From Candidatus Parcubacteria bacterium (GTDB lineage Bacteria > Patescibacteriota > Saccharimonadia > Saccharimonadales > 2-12-FULL-41-12): a stretch of 64,000 bases of DNA. The notes beneath the pieces are model-generated. The model did not search any database. It saw only the letters and a list, made by a program, of their open reading frames with translations, and was not told the DNA's origin. The position numbers were made by a program, and so were the translations under genes. Below are positions 39,916-50,081 of this stretch, in pieces. Within the stretch, counting starts at the first letter, position 1; each line of letters begins with the position of its first letter. The DNA lies in the NCBI GenBank assembly GCA_019347895.1, contig JAHWKM010000001.1, forward strand, positions 21,924 through 85,923, in the 5' to 3' direction.

Positions 39916-40914
39916 TTAGGGTTGCTTTTTCGTAAGCAATTTGTGTCCGGCGTTGCCGGTCTTTAACAAGCGTTTGGCATCCTTCATGGCAGTCGGCATG
40001 CTGTGGGCCCCGAGTACCGCGGCTACGGAAATTTCATCTTGGTTTACTCCCCGGATATCAGCTACCAGGAAAGTATTTCTGGCTTCATCCGTGTAGCCGA
40101 CCTTCAGGCCCGTCACGCCGTCTTGGTTGATGAGGGCATTGTAGTTAGTTACCACTCCGGCAAACGGTATGGTGGCCTCGGGCTGCAATGCAATTTCCCG
40201 CAATAGGGGATTTTGCATATAAAGCAGGCCAATGTTTACCATATCCGAAGCGGTACTTTTGGTCAGCGGAGAGTACCCGCTGGCATCGGCTACGATAGTG
40301 TCGGTAAGGCCGAGTTCGTCGAGCATTTCATTGGCATACGTATTATATTCCTCCATTGAGCCGAATGCCCAGCGAACCAATGTATCTGACATATTATTAG
40401 CTGATCGCAATAATGTGGCTTGAAGTGCTTGATATTGAGTAATTTGTCCGCCTGCCTGGACCGGTACGACCGTTCCGCTTTTGGCTACATATTCCCGATA
40501 CAAAGTTACGTCTTCTTCACTCAGCGTAATAGCCGGACCCTGTTCTCCTGGCGCCAGAGGCTTTTGTTTCAGAACGGCCAAGGCAGTAATGAGCTTTGCC
40601 AGGCTGGCTATGGGCACCGGTTCGGTTTTTTCAGTCGACTGAGCGAGGACTCCTTCGTCAACGGCACCATACGCCGCCTGTCCATAATCCGGCCAAGGCA
40701 ACGGCGCGGTAATTTTAGCCGGTTGACCCCCCGCAGGCGGAACCGACGAAGGTTGGCTCATAAGCTGCGCTGCAGCCGTCTGCGCCTGTTGCTGGCTGTT
40801 GCCATAAATATTGCCGACAAGATAAATCCCAACGGCTAGCAACAGGGCGGCATAAATAATATGCGACCAGCGCTTGTTTTTGCGGTAGCCATGTTCAATA
40901 TTGTAAATGCCCAT
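39916..40914 (-). CDS. D-alanyl-D-alanine carboxypeptidase (peptidase S11)
   Basis: SxxK (ASLAK), SxN (SAN), KTG-like (KVG); N-terminal TM. Confidence 0.88.
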   Translation of the reverse strand: MGIYNIEHGYRKNKRWSHIIYAALLLAVGIYLVGNIYGNSQQQAQTAAAQLMSQPSSVPPAGGQPAKITAPLPWPDYGQAAYGAVDEGVLAQSTEKTEPVPIASLAKLITALAVLKQKPLAPGEQGPAITLSEEDVTLYREYVAKSGTVVPVQAGGQITQYQALQATLLRSANNMSDTLVRWAFGSMEEYNTYANEMLDELGLTDTIVADASGYSPLTKSTASDMVNIGLLYMQNPLLREIALQPEATIPFAGVVTNYNALINQDGVTGLKVGYTDEARNTFLVADIRGVNQDEISVAAVLGAHSMPTAMKDAKRLLKTGNAGHKLLTKKQP

Positions 40915-41002
40915 AACAGATGATTATACCGCTTTCGTTTAAATAGTAAACGCCGGGAAGGTATCATAAAGCGTGGCGAGCTAAGTCTTGCAAAGTCCAA
41001 AC

Positions 41003-41200
41003 TTACGCCTGGGACTGGTCCTTCAATTTTTTAGTTTCTATTGCGTGTTGGGTTATTTCCAAGTTACAGCTCTTGTGTTTACTGCACCAGGCTGCGCATT
41101 TTTTAGCGATTGCCTCATCCTCATAATGTAGCCCGCACTCCGGGCACCTATATTGCTTGGCTGGCGCAGTTTCATTTAGCTTTGCAGTAGGTTCTTTCAT
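41003..41200 (-). CDS. Small Cys-rich zinc-finger-like protein
   Basis: GGAGG SD; CPECG...C..WC..H.SC. Confidence 0.75.
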   Translation of the reverse strand: MKEPTAKLNETAPAKQYRCPECGLHYEDEAIAKKCAAWCSKHKSCNLEITQHAIETKKLKDQSQA

Positions 41201-41278
41201 GAGACCTCCCAGGTCTTTTATATTTTTAAAATCCTCGCGGCTTATTAGTGTTTGATTAAGCAAACACTTAATCTTTAG

Positions 41279-41848
41279 TCAAGCTCGGGATGCGAATATG
41301 TATGAACAAATGAGCCCTAATTTGTATATGGAATAAGTTATCAGCAGGATACCGACGAAAGTGAATAAGGTGGCCAAGTCTCTAATCAATGGTGTTACAG
41401 ATGCTCCGAAGGTAGCCAGCAGCGGGGCTATCAAAGACGTGCCGCAGGCGATACAGCCGCCGCCAATTATGGCCATGGCAAAGCCGCCCGCACCGCTTTT
41501 CTTTGGAATCGATTGAAAGCCGCGGTGTTTTAGCACAAAAACCAGCAGCGCCAGGTTTATACCAAAAAGAATTGAAAATATTACCACGCCGGCATTTTGG
41601 ACGTTATTGTAGGTGGTGTAAATATCTTTGTATACATCAAAGAAAAAATTCAATTTTTGAAAAGTGCTGATCGGCGCTTCAACAATAACGTATCTGATCA
41701 GATCAAAATTAAGCGACCAGAGGATCAAGCCGCTGGTCAGCAAGCTACCAAAAATAGCCAAAAAAATGTACGCTGGCCGGGCAAATACTTTTACTGACGA
41801 CCTCACGCTTACCTTAAACCTCAGAAGAAGAGATACCTTCTTGCTCAT
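41279..41848 (-). CDS. Membrane protein with a CxxC motif, coupled to the DsbA gene
   Basis: GGGCIACG; ATGA overlap with the upstream gene. Confidence 0.75.
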   Translation of the reverse strand: MSKKVSLLLRFKVSVRSSVKVFARPAYIFLAIFGSLLTSGLILWSLNFDLIRYVIVEAPISTFQKLNFFFDVYKDIYTTYNNVQNAGVVIFSILFGINLALLVFVLKHRGFQSIPKKSGAGGFAMAIIGGGCIACGTSLIAPLLATFGASVTPLIRDLATLFTFVGILLITYSIYKLGLICSYIFASRA

Positions 41849-42531
41849 CGCAGTTGAATGTCCACGAGTGTTTTAAACACGCTGTACGGCTGCGGCCCGA
41901 CGATCTTTTGGTCGTTGATTATGAAGCTCGGGGTACCTTGGATATCATCCGGCGCAGCCAGCTCAATCGTATCGTAATATGCTTTTTCGTGTCGCTTGCT
42001 GTCCATACACTCTTTATAGGCTTTGGCGTCCATTCCTATTTTTCCTAACAGGTCATTCATTACTTTTTCTGTCAGTACGGAATCAATAGCTTTTTGATAA
42101 TCTCCCGCCCGGAAATGGTTTACCCACATATACTCAAATAAAGCATCGTGATATTCGCTAAATTTTTGCTGGTCTAGCGCGCAGTAAGATCCGATGAGGG
42201 CTTGGGCTCCATCTACCGCGTAGACCGGAAACGGTCTGAATATTATTTTCACCAGGCCTTTGTCTACGTAATTAGCCCGCAACTGTTTGCCGGCATTTTG
42301 ATGAAATTCGCCGCAAGACGGGCATTTATAATCGGCGTACTCGATTATGGTTGCTTTAGCATCAGGATCTCCAATAATAAGTTCGGTGGTTTGAGCCGAG
42401 GGCATGTCGGGAAAGGCGGCTGTAGAAGCACTGGTATTTTGGGTTGTTGCCGGCGTTTCATCCGGCCAAAATATAAAAATGCCGGCAGCAATTATTAAAA
42501 TACCAATAATGGTACCAATAACAAATCTCAT
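41845..42531 (-). CDS. DsbA/BdbD-like thioredoxin-fold protein
   Basis: EYADYKCPSC, GTPSF and GPQPY motifs; N-terminal TM. Confidence 0.9.
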   Translation of the reverse strand: MRFVIGTIIGILIIAAGIFIFWPDETPATTQNTSASTAAFPDMPSAQTTELIIGDPDAKATIIEYADYKCPSCGEFHQNAGKQLRANYVDKGLVKIIFRPFPVYAVDGAQALIGSYCALDQQKFSEYHDALFEYMWVNHFRAGDYQKAIDSVLTEKVMNDLLGKIGMDAKAYKECMDSKRHEKAYYDTIELAAPDDIQGTPSFIINDQKIVGPQPYSVFKTLVDIQLR

Positions 42532-42642
42532 GTTTAGATATTTAAGCAAACACTTAACTAAATGTAAATGCCTTGATGCTCAGAAAGCACGTTCTCCATA
42601 AATGTCTGCTTGCCGGCAGCATTCACACCCACAACCATACTA

Positions 42643-42951
42643 TTAATAGGACGAGTCGCCGACGGGGACTTGATTAGTATCTACGCCGCCCGCCGGGCTC
42701 GGTCTTCCCAGTTCCGGGTCGTTACTTGTATTGTTGCCGGCACCGTCGCTGCCACCGGTCACGTTGGGGTCAGTCGGTTCAGGCGGTACAGTCTCGGTGG
42801 ATTGTTCACTTGATCCGCGCTCCTTATCTCGACCATCTTCAACCCCGCGCGTCAAAAGCCAGCTGAATGCGAACAGCAAGATAATTACAATTACTATTAC
42901 AGCTATGACAGGCTTAAGAACTTTTTGACGGGGAGCGGAGTCCATTGCCAA
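42643..42951 (-). CDS. Single-TM low-complexity hypothetical protein
   Basis: GGAGG SD; TM followed by a G/S/P-rich tail. Confidence 0.65.
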   Translation of the reverse strand: MAMDSAPRQKVLKPVIAVIVIVIILLFAFSWLLTRGVEDGRDKERGSSEQSTETVPPEPTDPNVTGGSDGAGNNTSNDPELGRPSPAGGVDTNQVPVGDSSY

Positions 42952-43076
42952 CCTCCATTTTATACGTATAATTCTGGCAATTAATAAAAAGTATGACTAT
43001 ACAATTTGTTACAAATTTTAGAGTCGGGGGCAGGGTAGCGGACACGTTCTCCCTTAAGGCAAATTGATAAATAAGA

Positions 43077-43703
43077 CTAGTTGAGTAAGGTTTGTATGGC
43101 TTGGTGGCCAACACCTGAAACTATAGGATCCTCGCCTGATACTACCTTGCGCCCTGTTGAGACTTTCACCTCTCCAGATCCTCGGTGCACATTTATTGTA
43201 TTCTTCGCCCAAGAAAAATCTTTCGCAATAAACCTATCTAATTGAGACTCAGGTATGACATCAGTATATGGTTCACCGTCGGGTGACTCCGATTTAATGG
43301 CTTTAAAGTCGTTATAAAGGTTGATGCCATCATGCCCACTGACTCTTGTTAAGATGCCATCTCCGCACTTAATCTCAATCTCAGTTTTTGCTTCTTTACA
43401 GTGGACGTTTAGACTTCTTGGCTCATCATTATTGTCGCCAACTGTTACTGTCATAACCCCCCTTTGAAGGGCAACAGTATCTAACTGATTGTTACGACTT
43501 GAGGGGATTTTAGTGCTTTTAACCCAAACAGCATCATTTTGTAGTGTTACGGAAAGTTTGCCAGCAAATTGATGCGCTACTCCGTCGTTAATTCCAATGG
43601 GACTGTCAAATGGATCACGAGCTTCAACCGTGCTTAGCGGTGGAAGCTCTCCAGTTCGCCTAAAAGAGGCCATTTCGTATGGATCAGCTAAAGTAGTAGG
43701 CAT
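43077..43703 (-). CDS. Orphan beta-rich hypothetical protein
   Basis: Probable start MPTT with TATACT directly upstream. Confidence 0.6.
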   Translation of the reverse strand: MPTTLADPYEMASFRRTGELPPLSTVEARDPFDSPIGINDGVAHQFAGKLSVTLQNDAVWVKSTKIPSSRNNQLDTVALQRGVMTVTVGDNNDEPRSLNVHCKEAKTEIEIKCGDGILTRVSGHDGINLYNDFKAIKSESPDGEPYTDVIPESQLDRFIAKDFSWAKNTINVHRGSGEVKVSTGRKVVSGEDPIVSGVGHQAIQTLLN

Positions 43704-43951
43704 ATTAATAAATAGTATAATGTAAAATTTTTTACTGTAAATATTTAGCAGTGCTGGACCACCGCACATTCTTGTGCTCGGAGCGAGCTCCTGCGTGCAA
43801 GTTTGCTGAACCAACCAATAATCTTCTTTTAAGGTTTCTATATTAGTCTATTGATTATTTGTAAAGATTATGCTATAATTCCAACATAAATAAAGTGTGC
43901 GGGTTTTGCGAGATAACTTCTCGCAAGGACCGAAGGAATATTAGCTAAATA

Positions 43952-44917
43952 ATGATAACGTACCTGCAGGAAGAGATTTTTACCAAGCTGGACGGCCGTT
44001 ATATTGCGCGAAGGCTTAAACAGGCTCGAGTGCAAAATAGCCGGCTGTTAAAGGCTGGGGTTCGCAGCACACGCCGGGCATATTTAGCCTGGTATCGCCA
44101 GCAGTATTTTTTGTCGGTAGCTAATAAAGACTTGAAGATGGCTGTCCGGCGCAATGAAGACATATTTATCGCTGTAGTTTTTGCCGCAGCCGTTTTGAGC
44201 TTTGCCTGTGCGGTTATTGCTGCAGAGATGGTCATCGCGTTTTTCTTAACGGCTTTTACGGCCTCGGAAGTTAGCGGCATCAACATATTGATATTCGCTC
44301 TCATTGCCGGCGTCACTTTGACGACAATTTTAGCCTGGGTAGCGGCTTTTTTGCTCAACTCTATGTCGCTTGCCATAATTCAAGGTGCTAATCGCCACAA
44401 AATCCGTTCCCTGCGCTCGACACTTCGGCAAGGATTACGAATGGCCAGCCGCACGGCGACTTCATGGCTGATGTTAATTGGGGCAATAGCTTTGCCCGCA
44501 GCAGCAGTGTCTTTGGCCATGTTTGTTTATACCTTGTTATTTGCTGACAATTTGTATGACATTCTGGCTGTTGCGCCTTATGCAATAATTTTCGCCGCCG
44601 CGGGCGCGATATTAATGCTTTTACACTACAGTCTTGTGCCGGTCGTGGCCTTATTTGAGACTAAGCTGTCTTGGAGGCAGGTTTTTGCCCGCAGCCGACA
44701 ATTGGTTTACCGCCGGGGAAAGATGTTTGTTCTGGCTGCTTACGGTTTTTTGGCAATAGTTCTGTCGGCCGCTTATGTCCTATACAAGCTTCTTTATAAC
44801 CTGACTGGTTTGGACGGAACTTTGCTATTTAGCTTGATAGCTATTGTCGCCGTGGCATATTTTAACGGCATAATGACTGTCTTTTACCGCAAACGCCGTC
44901 TTGTGCGCAGTCGCTGA
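43952..44917 (+). CDS. Multi-pass membrane protein
   Basis: About 6 TMs; SRQLV and VFYR pattern of DUF7544/GDPD-membrane-like proteins. Confidence 0.7.
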   Translation: MITYLQEEIFTKLDGRYIARRLKQARVQNSRLLKAGVRSTRRAYLAWYRQQYFLSVANKDLKMAVRRNEDIFIAVVFAAAVLSFACAVIAAEMVIAFFLTAFTASEVSGINILIFALIAGVTLTTILAWVAAFLLNSMSLAIIQGANRHKIRSLRSTLRQGLRMASRTATSWLMLIGAIALPAAAVSLAMFVYTLLFADNLYDILAVAPYAIIFAAAGAILMLLHYSLVPVVALFETKLSWRQVFARSRQLVYRRGKMFVLAAYGFLAIVLSAAYVLYKLLYNLTGLDGTLLFSLIAIVAVAYFNGIMTVFYRKRRLVRSR

Positions 44918-45066
44918 TAGGCTCCTTGGAATAGAACTTTATCAGCAGTCTGTTAAAGCCGTTATTCTATAAATGCCTTAAACCGATTAGTCTTTACGCA
45001 TAGCTGAGTGCATACTTATAAATAACAGATTTAGTATGGCGAGCGATTAATTAAAAAGAAAGAAAC

Positions 45067-45300
45067 ATGTTAAACCCAACTTCACTAATAAATAAACACA
45101 TCAGAAGCATAAAAGTACGCTCACAGCACTATATAAGTAACAAAGGCGAGCCAAAAGACAACATTTCGCACGACACTCTCTTAAAAGATGAAACCGTAAT
45201 AACCGGGAGCAGTGTGCCTATGAGACGCCGGTTTAGGCATATAGCCAAACAAATAAGAATAATTAGAATAAATAAATTAAAAAATGAATATCTAAAGTAG
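45067..45300 (+). CDS. Small basic hypothetical protein
   Basis: 77-aa ORF, weak support. Confidence 0.35.
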   Translation: MLNPTSLINKHIRSIKVRSQHYISNKGEPKDNISHDTLLKDETVITGSSVPMRRRFRHIAKQIRIIRINKLKNEYLK

Positions 45301-45415
45301 TAATCAAAAAATCTCATCTTTTGATAAGGTTAATATTTTGTAGGCGGGCAGGTACGGCTTACTCTACCGGGCAGTAGTGGAACCTGCCTGATCTTATTTA
45401 GATATTGCTGGTATT

Positions 45416-46093
45416 TTAACTAAGCTCTGCCTGCAACTTAGATAAATCCCGGACTATAAAACGATGAGCTTTTTGACCCATGAGCTTTTCATTAAAAAGT
45501 AATTCCACGGCCCTACTGGCCGTCTCACGGTTCATATTTATAGAATCGGCTAAATCCTGATGAGTTATGGGAGCGTCAATGACAATTTCAGTGCCATGCT
45601 GCCTGCCAAATCTCTCAGCTAGATATAGTAACTCCGAGATAATTCTACCGCGAGCTGAGCGAAATTCCAGAGTTTGAATCCGCTTGGTATAACTGGTAAT
45701 TATATTTACTGACTGCTTTAAAATTTCTTGTGAGAGCCACGCATTGTGACCCAAGGCGGCACGCAGCTTGTTTTTGGGTACCCGGAGAATCGTAACGTCA
45801 TTCATAGCTTCATAAAATAACCCCGTGGTATGCGGTCCGTCCAGTGCCCAGGGCATTGGTATGAACTCATTAGCCTCATGAACTATCAGAAGATTCCCAT
45901 GACCATGATGTGATACAGAATGCGCCTTGACGAATCCCTTTTTAATGAGATAAACACCCTCGGGCTCGTCATATCCGTGGATAATCGTTTCTTCGCGTGC
46001 AAAGTGCAAAAGCAAGCCATCACTGAAGTGAGCGACGATACTTTCGTTCTCATTATGTCGAGCTGGCGTCGTATTCATTGATTGTCTGGCCAT
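45416..46093 (-). CDS. Crp/Fnr family transcriptional regulator
   Basis: cNMP-binding fold (YLIKKGFVK) and HTH THQDLADSINMNRETASR. Confidence 0.92.
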   Translation of the reverse strand: MARQSMNTTPARHNENESIVAHFSDGLLLHFAREETIIHGYDEPEGVYLIKKGFVKAHSVSHHGHGNLLIVHEANEFIPMPWALDGPHTTGLFYEAMNDVTILRVPKNKLRAALGHNAWLSQEILKQSVNIITSYTKRIQTLEFRSARGRIISELLYLAERFGRQHGTEIVIDAPITHQDLADSINMNRETASRAVELLFNEKLMGQKAHRFIVRDLSKLQAELS

Positions 46094-46126
46094 AAGTCTA
46101 GTATATACGAATACAAACGCTAAGTT

Positions 46127-46142
46127 TGTGATATAGCGCACA
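46127..46142. promoter_or_regulatory. CRP-type operator between the divergent crp and kinase genes
   Basis: TGTGA-tatagc-GCACA, one mismatch to TGTGA-N6-TCACA. Confidence 0.55.
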
Positions 46143-46253
46143 TCCTTGTAAAAACACTCGTACTATACTTACTCCAGTAGAAGGTTAGCTTATTCCGCCC
46201 GCAGTAGTGGGAAGGGGCTTGCCGAAACTGATAGGTGATGTCTACGTAAGCAA

Positions 46254-47552
46254 GTGATAAGAGGGTCAATTATTTCTCACGCAACTTCGGAAATCAAGAA
46301 AAAACAACCCATTCAGGAGTATTTAGATAGTTCTGCCCAGCCACAGGATGATACTTCTAGTAATTCACAAGTAGCTGGTAGCCTACAAAAGATCAACAAC
46401 AAAAAAATCAGTCAACAAGAGACTCATATTACAGCTCTAAAAAAGCTGCTAGGCTATTACCAAGATATTACTGAGACTATCAGAGAACCCTTTATCATTC
46501 TTGATAAAGACTTTCGCGTCGTTACGGCCAACGAAGCGTTTTATCACCAATTTAAGGTACTTAAAAAAGATACGGAAAACAGATCATTCTACGAGCTGGG
46601 TAATAATCAATGGGACACCCCAGATTTAAGAGAATTACTAGAAAACATTCTCCCTAAGCATCAGGTACTCAACAACTACGAGATTACGCACGATTTTCCT
46701 GGTATCGGACATAAAACTATGCATCTCAATGCCAGACAGGTCGATGCCAAACAGCTCATACTACTTGCCATAGTAGACGTTACCCGGCAGAAGCAATTGC
46801 AAGATGATACTATCGAGATGACCGCAAGTCTGATTAAGCAACGAAACAAGCTCCAAGGGCTCAATGATGCTAAAGATGAATTTATTAATATGGCTTCCCA
46901 TCAGCTCCGTACTCCCGCCACAGCCGTGAAACAATATATTGGAATGTTGGCGGAAGGATATTGGGGCAAGCTGTCGGAAGTCCAAAACAAAATGCTTAAT
47001 ACAGCCTACGAAAGCAATGAGCGAGAGCTAGAAATAATAGAAGACATGCTTAGAGTGGCTAAGGTAGATGAGGGCAAGGTCTATTTAATAAAGTCGTCTT
47101 GCGACATGGCGCGGCAATTAGAGGAAGCTGTGAAGGATCAACTTGCCTCGTTCAATAACCGCGGGCAAAGCATTGTTTTCAACAAGCCCTTGGAACCGGT
47201 AATTGCCTCCATTGATAAAAAATTAATGCGTATGGTTATAGAAAATCTATTGGATAATGCCAGTAAGTATTCTTACGAAGACAAGCAGATTACGATTGAC
47301 CTCAAGCAGGACGACAAGCTTGCTGTTATTGCGATAAAAGACCAGGGCGTGGGGATACATAAAAAAGATCATGTAAAATTATTTCAAAGGTTCTCCCGTA
47401 TAGACAATCCTCTTTCGATATCTGCGGAGGGTACAGGCCTAGGCTTATACTGGGTCAAGAAAATATTAGATTTGCATGAAGGCAGTATGGAAGTAATTTC
47501 AAGAGTAGACTACGGCTCAACTTTTACGGTTAAACTACCCGTTCTGAACTAA
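46254..47552 (+). CDS. Cytoplasmic PAS-domain sensor histidine kinase
   Basis: PAS (ETIREPFIILD...ANEAF), H-box SHQLRTP, NASKY, DQGVGI and GTGLGL. Confidence 0.92.
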   Translation: MIRGSIISHATSEIKKKQPIQEYLDSSAQPQDDTSSNSQVAGSLQKINNKKISQQETHITALKKLLGYYQDITETIREPFIILDKDFRVVTANEAFYHQFKVLKKDTENRSFYELGNNQWDTPDLRELLENILPKHQVLNNYEITHDFPGIGHKTMHLNARQVDAKQLILLAIVDVTRQKQLQDDTIEMTASLIKQRNKLQGLNDAKDEFINMASHQLRTPATAVKQYIGMLAEGYWGKLSEVQNKMLNTAYESNERELEIIEDMLRVAKVDEGKVYLIKSSCDMARQLEEAVKDQLASFNNRGQSIVFNKPLEPVIASIDKKLMRMVIENLLDNASKYSYEDKQITIDLKQDDKLAVIAIKDQGVGIHKKDHVKLFQRFSRIDNPLSISAEGTGLGLYWVKKILDLHEGSMEVISRVDYGSTFTVKLPVLN

Positions 47553-47577
47553 AAAGAATCCATAATGCTTATGCTTA

Positions 47578-47635
47578 GTAGCGGGGGCCGGACAGCGGAC
47601 TTCGTCCTTCTTCGCTCCGGCGTGCTCGGAATAAA
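47578..47635. repeat. Degenerate, truncated copy of the tRNA-fMet-derived repeat
   Basis: gtagcgggggc...ccttctt...tgctcgg.aataaa matches the 142-bp repeat. Confidence 0.65.
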
Positions 47636-47638
47636 TTC

Positions 47639-48067
47639 CTAGCTTCGGGCTTCAGCCCCTGAAATTGTTCCAAATACTTGGTAAGACTCCCCGTTATCGT
47701 TGTTTATGCCTGCAATTATATGTTGCAATTCAACAGCGCTGTCTTCGTAGACGCCTTGCAGCATTAATTCAAAGTATGCTGCTGTATTTCTATTGCCAGC
47801 CGTTTTTTCCTCGGCTTCTCCCATAGCTCTTTTTACCAGATCAGGGTCAAAACCATGGTATATTCTGTCCGAATAATTATAGTGAGTTCCGGGGAGGTCT
47901 TGAATGCCTCTTCTCGGGAGTACTAAACCTTGAGCCAAGAAAATAGTTCTACCGCCAACAGACCTAGTAAATCTTTCGTCGGTAAAGTGGGGGTAGAGCA
48001 TATGCGAAGGAATTTCCTGATCCTTTAAGCGTACTGGTTCAAGCTCACCAAATGCTGTAAATGCCAT
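47639..48067 (-). CDS. Orphan hypothetical protein (cassette-like)
   Basis: 142-aa ORF between two repeats; NYSDR motif. Confidence 0.7.
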   Translation of the reverse strand: MAFTAFGELEPVRLKDQEIPSHMLYPHFTDERFTRSVGGRTIFLAQGLVLPRRGIQDLPGTHYNYSDRIYHGFDPDLVKRAMGEAEEKTAGNRNTAAYFELMLQGVYEDSAVELQHIIAGINNDNGESYQVFGTISGAEARS

Positions 48068-48124
48068 AGTTATAATAAACTATCATATTGTTAAGATTAT
48101 GCCAACAACAGCAATGGTTCAATC

Positions 48125-48266
48125 GTAGCGGGGGCAGGGCATCGCGCGCCTTTGGCGCACTCCTTCTTGCGATGCTCGGCAATAAAATGTAAACACTTTA
48201 TTGTCCTGTGCTTCTCATTCGCCGAACCTCCGGTTCGTGTCCAGCCCCGCTGCTATCGAAGATGTG
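48125..48266. repeat. 142-bp structured repeat, copy 1, starting with the tRNA-fMet 3'-end complement
   Basis: Near-identical to 52730-52871; begins gtagcgggggcagg, as at 53076-53089. Confidence 0.9.
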
Positions 48267-48287
48267 AAATTTCGGTAAAACAAGTTA

Positions 48288-48650
48288 TTAACTTCTGCTT
48301 TGTACATACAGGCTGACGAAAAGTACCAAAATTCCGGAAAGTGCAAATATTCCAGAAGGAATCAACCAAATTAACCCACCCAATCCTTCGTAGAGGAATA
48401 TTGCCCCAAAGCAAAGGGCTGCTAGCAGTAATAAAACTAATGATAGCTTAAACGGTTTGCTCGTCGGCTTGCTAATACCCGGGGTACCATTTTTGAATGT
48501 CGTAATATGGTAGACTGGAATTAATAATATCCCTAATATAATCAAGCTTACACCTGGCCACCGGACCGCTCCTCCTCCGTCATTATCCAACAACACATAT
48601 AAACCCCATCCCGCTACGATCAGTATAGGTGAAAAGATTTTTATTATCAT
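48288..48650 (-). CDS. Orphan 4-TM membrane protein
   Basis: Hydrophobic ~120-aa ORF. Confidence 0.65.
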   Translation of the reverse strand: MIIKIFSPILIVAGWGLYVLLDNDGGGAVRWPGVSLIILGILLIPVYHITTFKNGTPGISKPTSKPFKLSLVLLLLAALCFGAIFLYEGLGGLIWLIPSGIFALSGILVLFVSLYVQSRS

Positions 48651-49002
48651 GTCCACACTATAGCAAAAGAGGTCTTAACAACCTCAACTCGGGCAATAAT
48701 TTGCTCCGGGTTTCTGGCTGTCCGAACTACCATCTGGCAGTTCTCCCCTGCGACCTTTCTAGCGTCGCAGATTCGAGCCGTGGCTCCGACAAAGAAAAAA
48801 GCTCTGGAATGGGTCCAAAGCTTTTTTCTTGGTAGACATGACTTTGAAGAGTTGATTCATATTAAAAAAGAACTGTTGTCAATGCGGCAGATAGTGAATG
48901 AAGCACAGAGCTTAACGAAGGTTATAACATGAGCAACAGTACTAGAACCGTGCACTTAAATAAAGTAAGGCTTTACATTAATTACTCTGATAGAATACCT
49001 GT

Positions 49003-49575
49003 ATGAGTAAGTTAGATTTAAACAGTAAAGATATATTATTGTTGCTTATCTACACAAAAATAAACAACGAAGAAAATGGATCAATTTCAGGTAGAACAAG
49101 GATTATGAAGTTATTGTTTTTATTTAAGAAGGAAGTCTTCAAAAAATTTAAAAACGATGGCCAAGATTTAGATAAACTTAAATTCGATGCATGGAATTAC
49201 GGACCATTTTCAAAAGAAATCTATGATGATATAGAATTTCTTTCTAATATTGGTTTTTTAAGTGTAAGAATAAGTGAAGAAGATACGTCAATTGAGGAGG
49301 CAGCTGAATACAATCATTGGGAAGATGGATTTAGTGACTCTAATGATGTAGAAGAATTTACACAAGAGGAATTCTCGCTTACTGATCAAGGTAATAAATA
49401 CGTGGAAATAGAACTATGGAATAAGTTAAGCGAAGCTCAAAAAAGTGTGCTGGGCGAGTTCAAACAAAGCTTCGGAACTGTTCCATTGTATGCACTTCTT
49501 GAATACGTTTATAAAAAGTACCCCAAATACACAACCGAGTCTAAAATTAAAAATAGAGTACTTGGTAGGTCATGA
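49003..49575 (+). CDS. SocA/Panacea (DUF4065)-like or YwgA-like winged-helix protein
   Basis: GRTRIMKLLFL, YGPFSKEIYDDIEFL, LTDQG and YVYKKYP motifs. Confidence 0.7.
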   Translation: MSKLDLNSKDILLLLIYTKINNEENGSISGRTRIMKLLFLFKKEVFKKFKNDGQDLDKLKFDAWNYGPFSKEIYDDIEFLSNIGFLSVRISEEDTSIEEAAEYNHWEDGFSDSNDVEEFTQEEFSLTDQGNKYVEIELWNKLSEAQKSVLGEFKQSFGTVPLYALLEYVYKKYPKYTTESKIKNRVLGRS

Positions 49576-50081
49576 ATCCGACGGCTGGTGAGGTTATAAC
49601 AGGGCTGTGGTGGATTCCCTTTCTTTTTCAAAGCATACCTCTTCTAGCATTTCTTTTTAGCCAGTTTTTAATAAAAGATCAAGATTATAGCGATAAAGTG
49701 GGATTATTTATTAATGCCAATAAAGCAAATCATGCAAAAGCACTAAAACGATTTGTTGTAACTGAAATAGATGGCGATATAGAGGAGAAGTGCCTAGAGT
49801 TTATCAATGAAAGTAGCCGTCGTTTTAAGCTTACGGCCGCGCTAAGCTCCTATGGGAAAATCTACACAAAATTAGCAAGTATATCCTTAAGGCTATTAAT
49901 AGCTTCAAGTGTTATATTCATTGCTGGAGTTGTAGCAGTTCTATTAAACGATAAAGCAGAAATATGGGCATTAAGCGTTAATACTGTTCTAGCAATTTCA
50001 AATATTACGATAATTTATGCTATGAGGCATTATCTCGTAAAGCTTCAGTCCCTGGCGGGTAATGAGGATATCAGTACATGA
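49572..50081 (+). CDS. Hypothetical 3-TM membrane protein
   Basis: ATGA overlaps on both sides; one N-terminal and two C-terminal hydrophobic helices. Confidence 0.75.
   Translation: MNPTAGEVITGLWWIPFLFQSIPLLAFLFSQFLIKDQDYSDKVGLFINANKANHAKALKRFVVTEIDGDIEEKCLEFINESSRRFKLTAALSSYGKIYTKLASISLRLLIASSVIFIAGVVAVLLNDKAEIWALSVNTVLAISNITIIYAMRHYLVKLQSLAGNEDIST

Noticed and set aside
48125-48266. Intron-containing or extra tRNA gene in the 142-bp repeats
   Set aside because: Only about 14 nt of acceptor/T-stem sequence match; no anticodon or D arm could be folded
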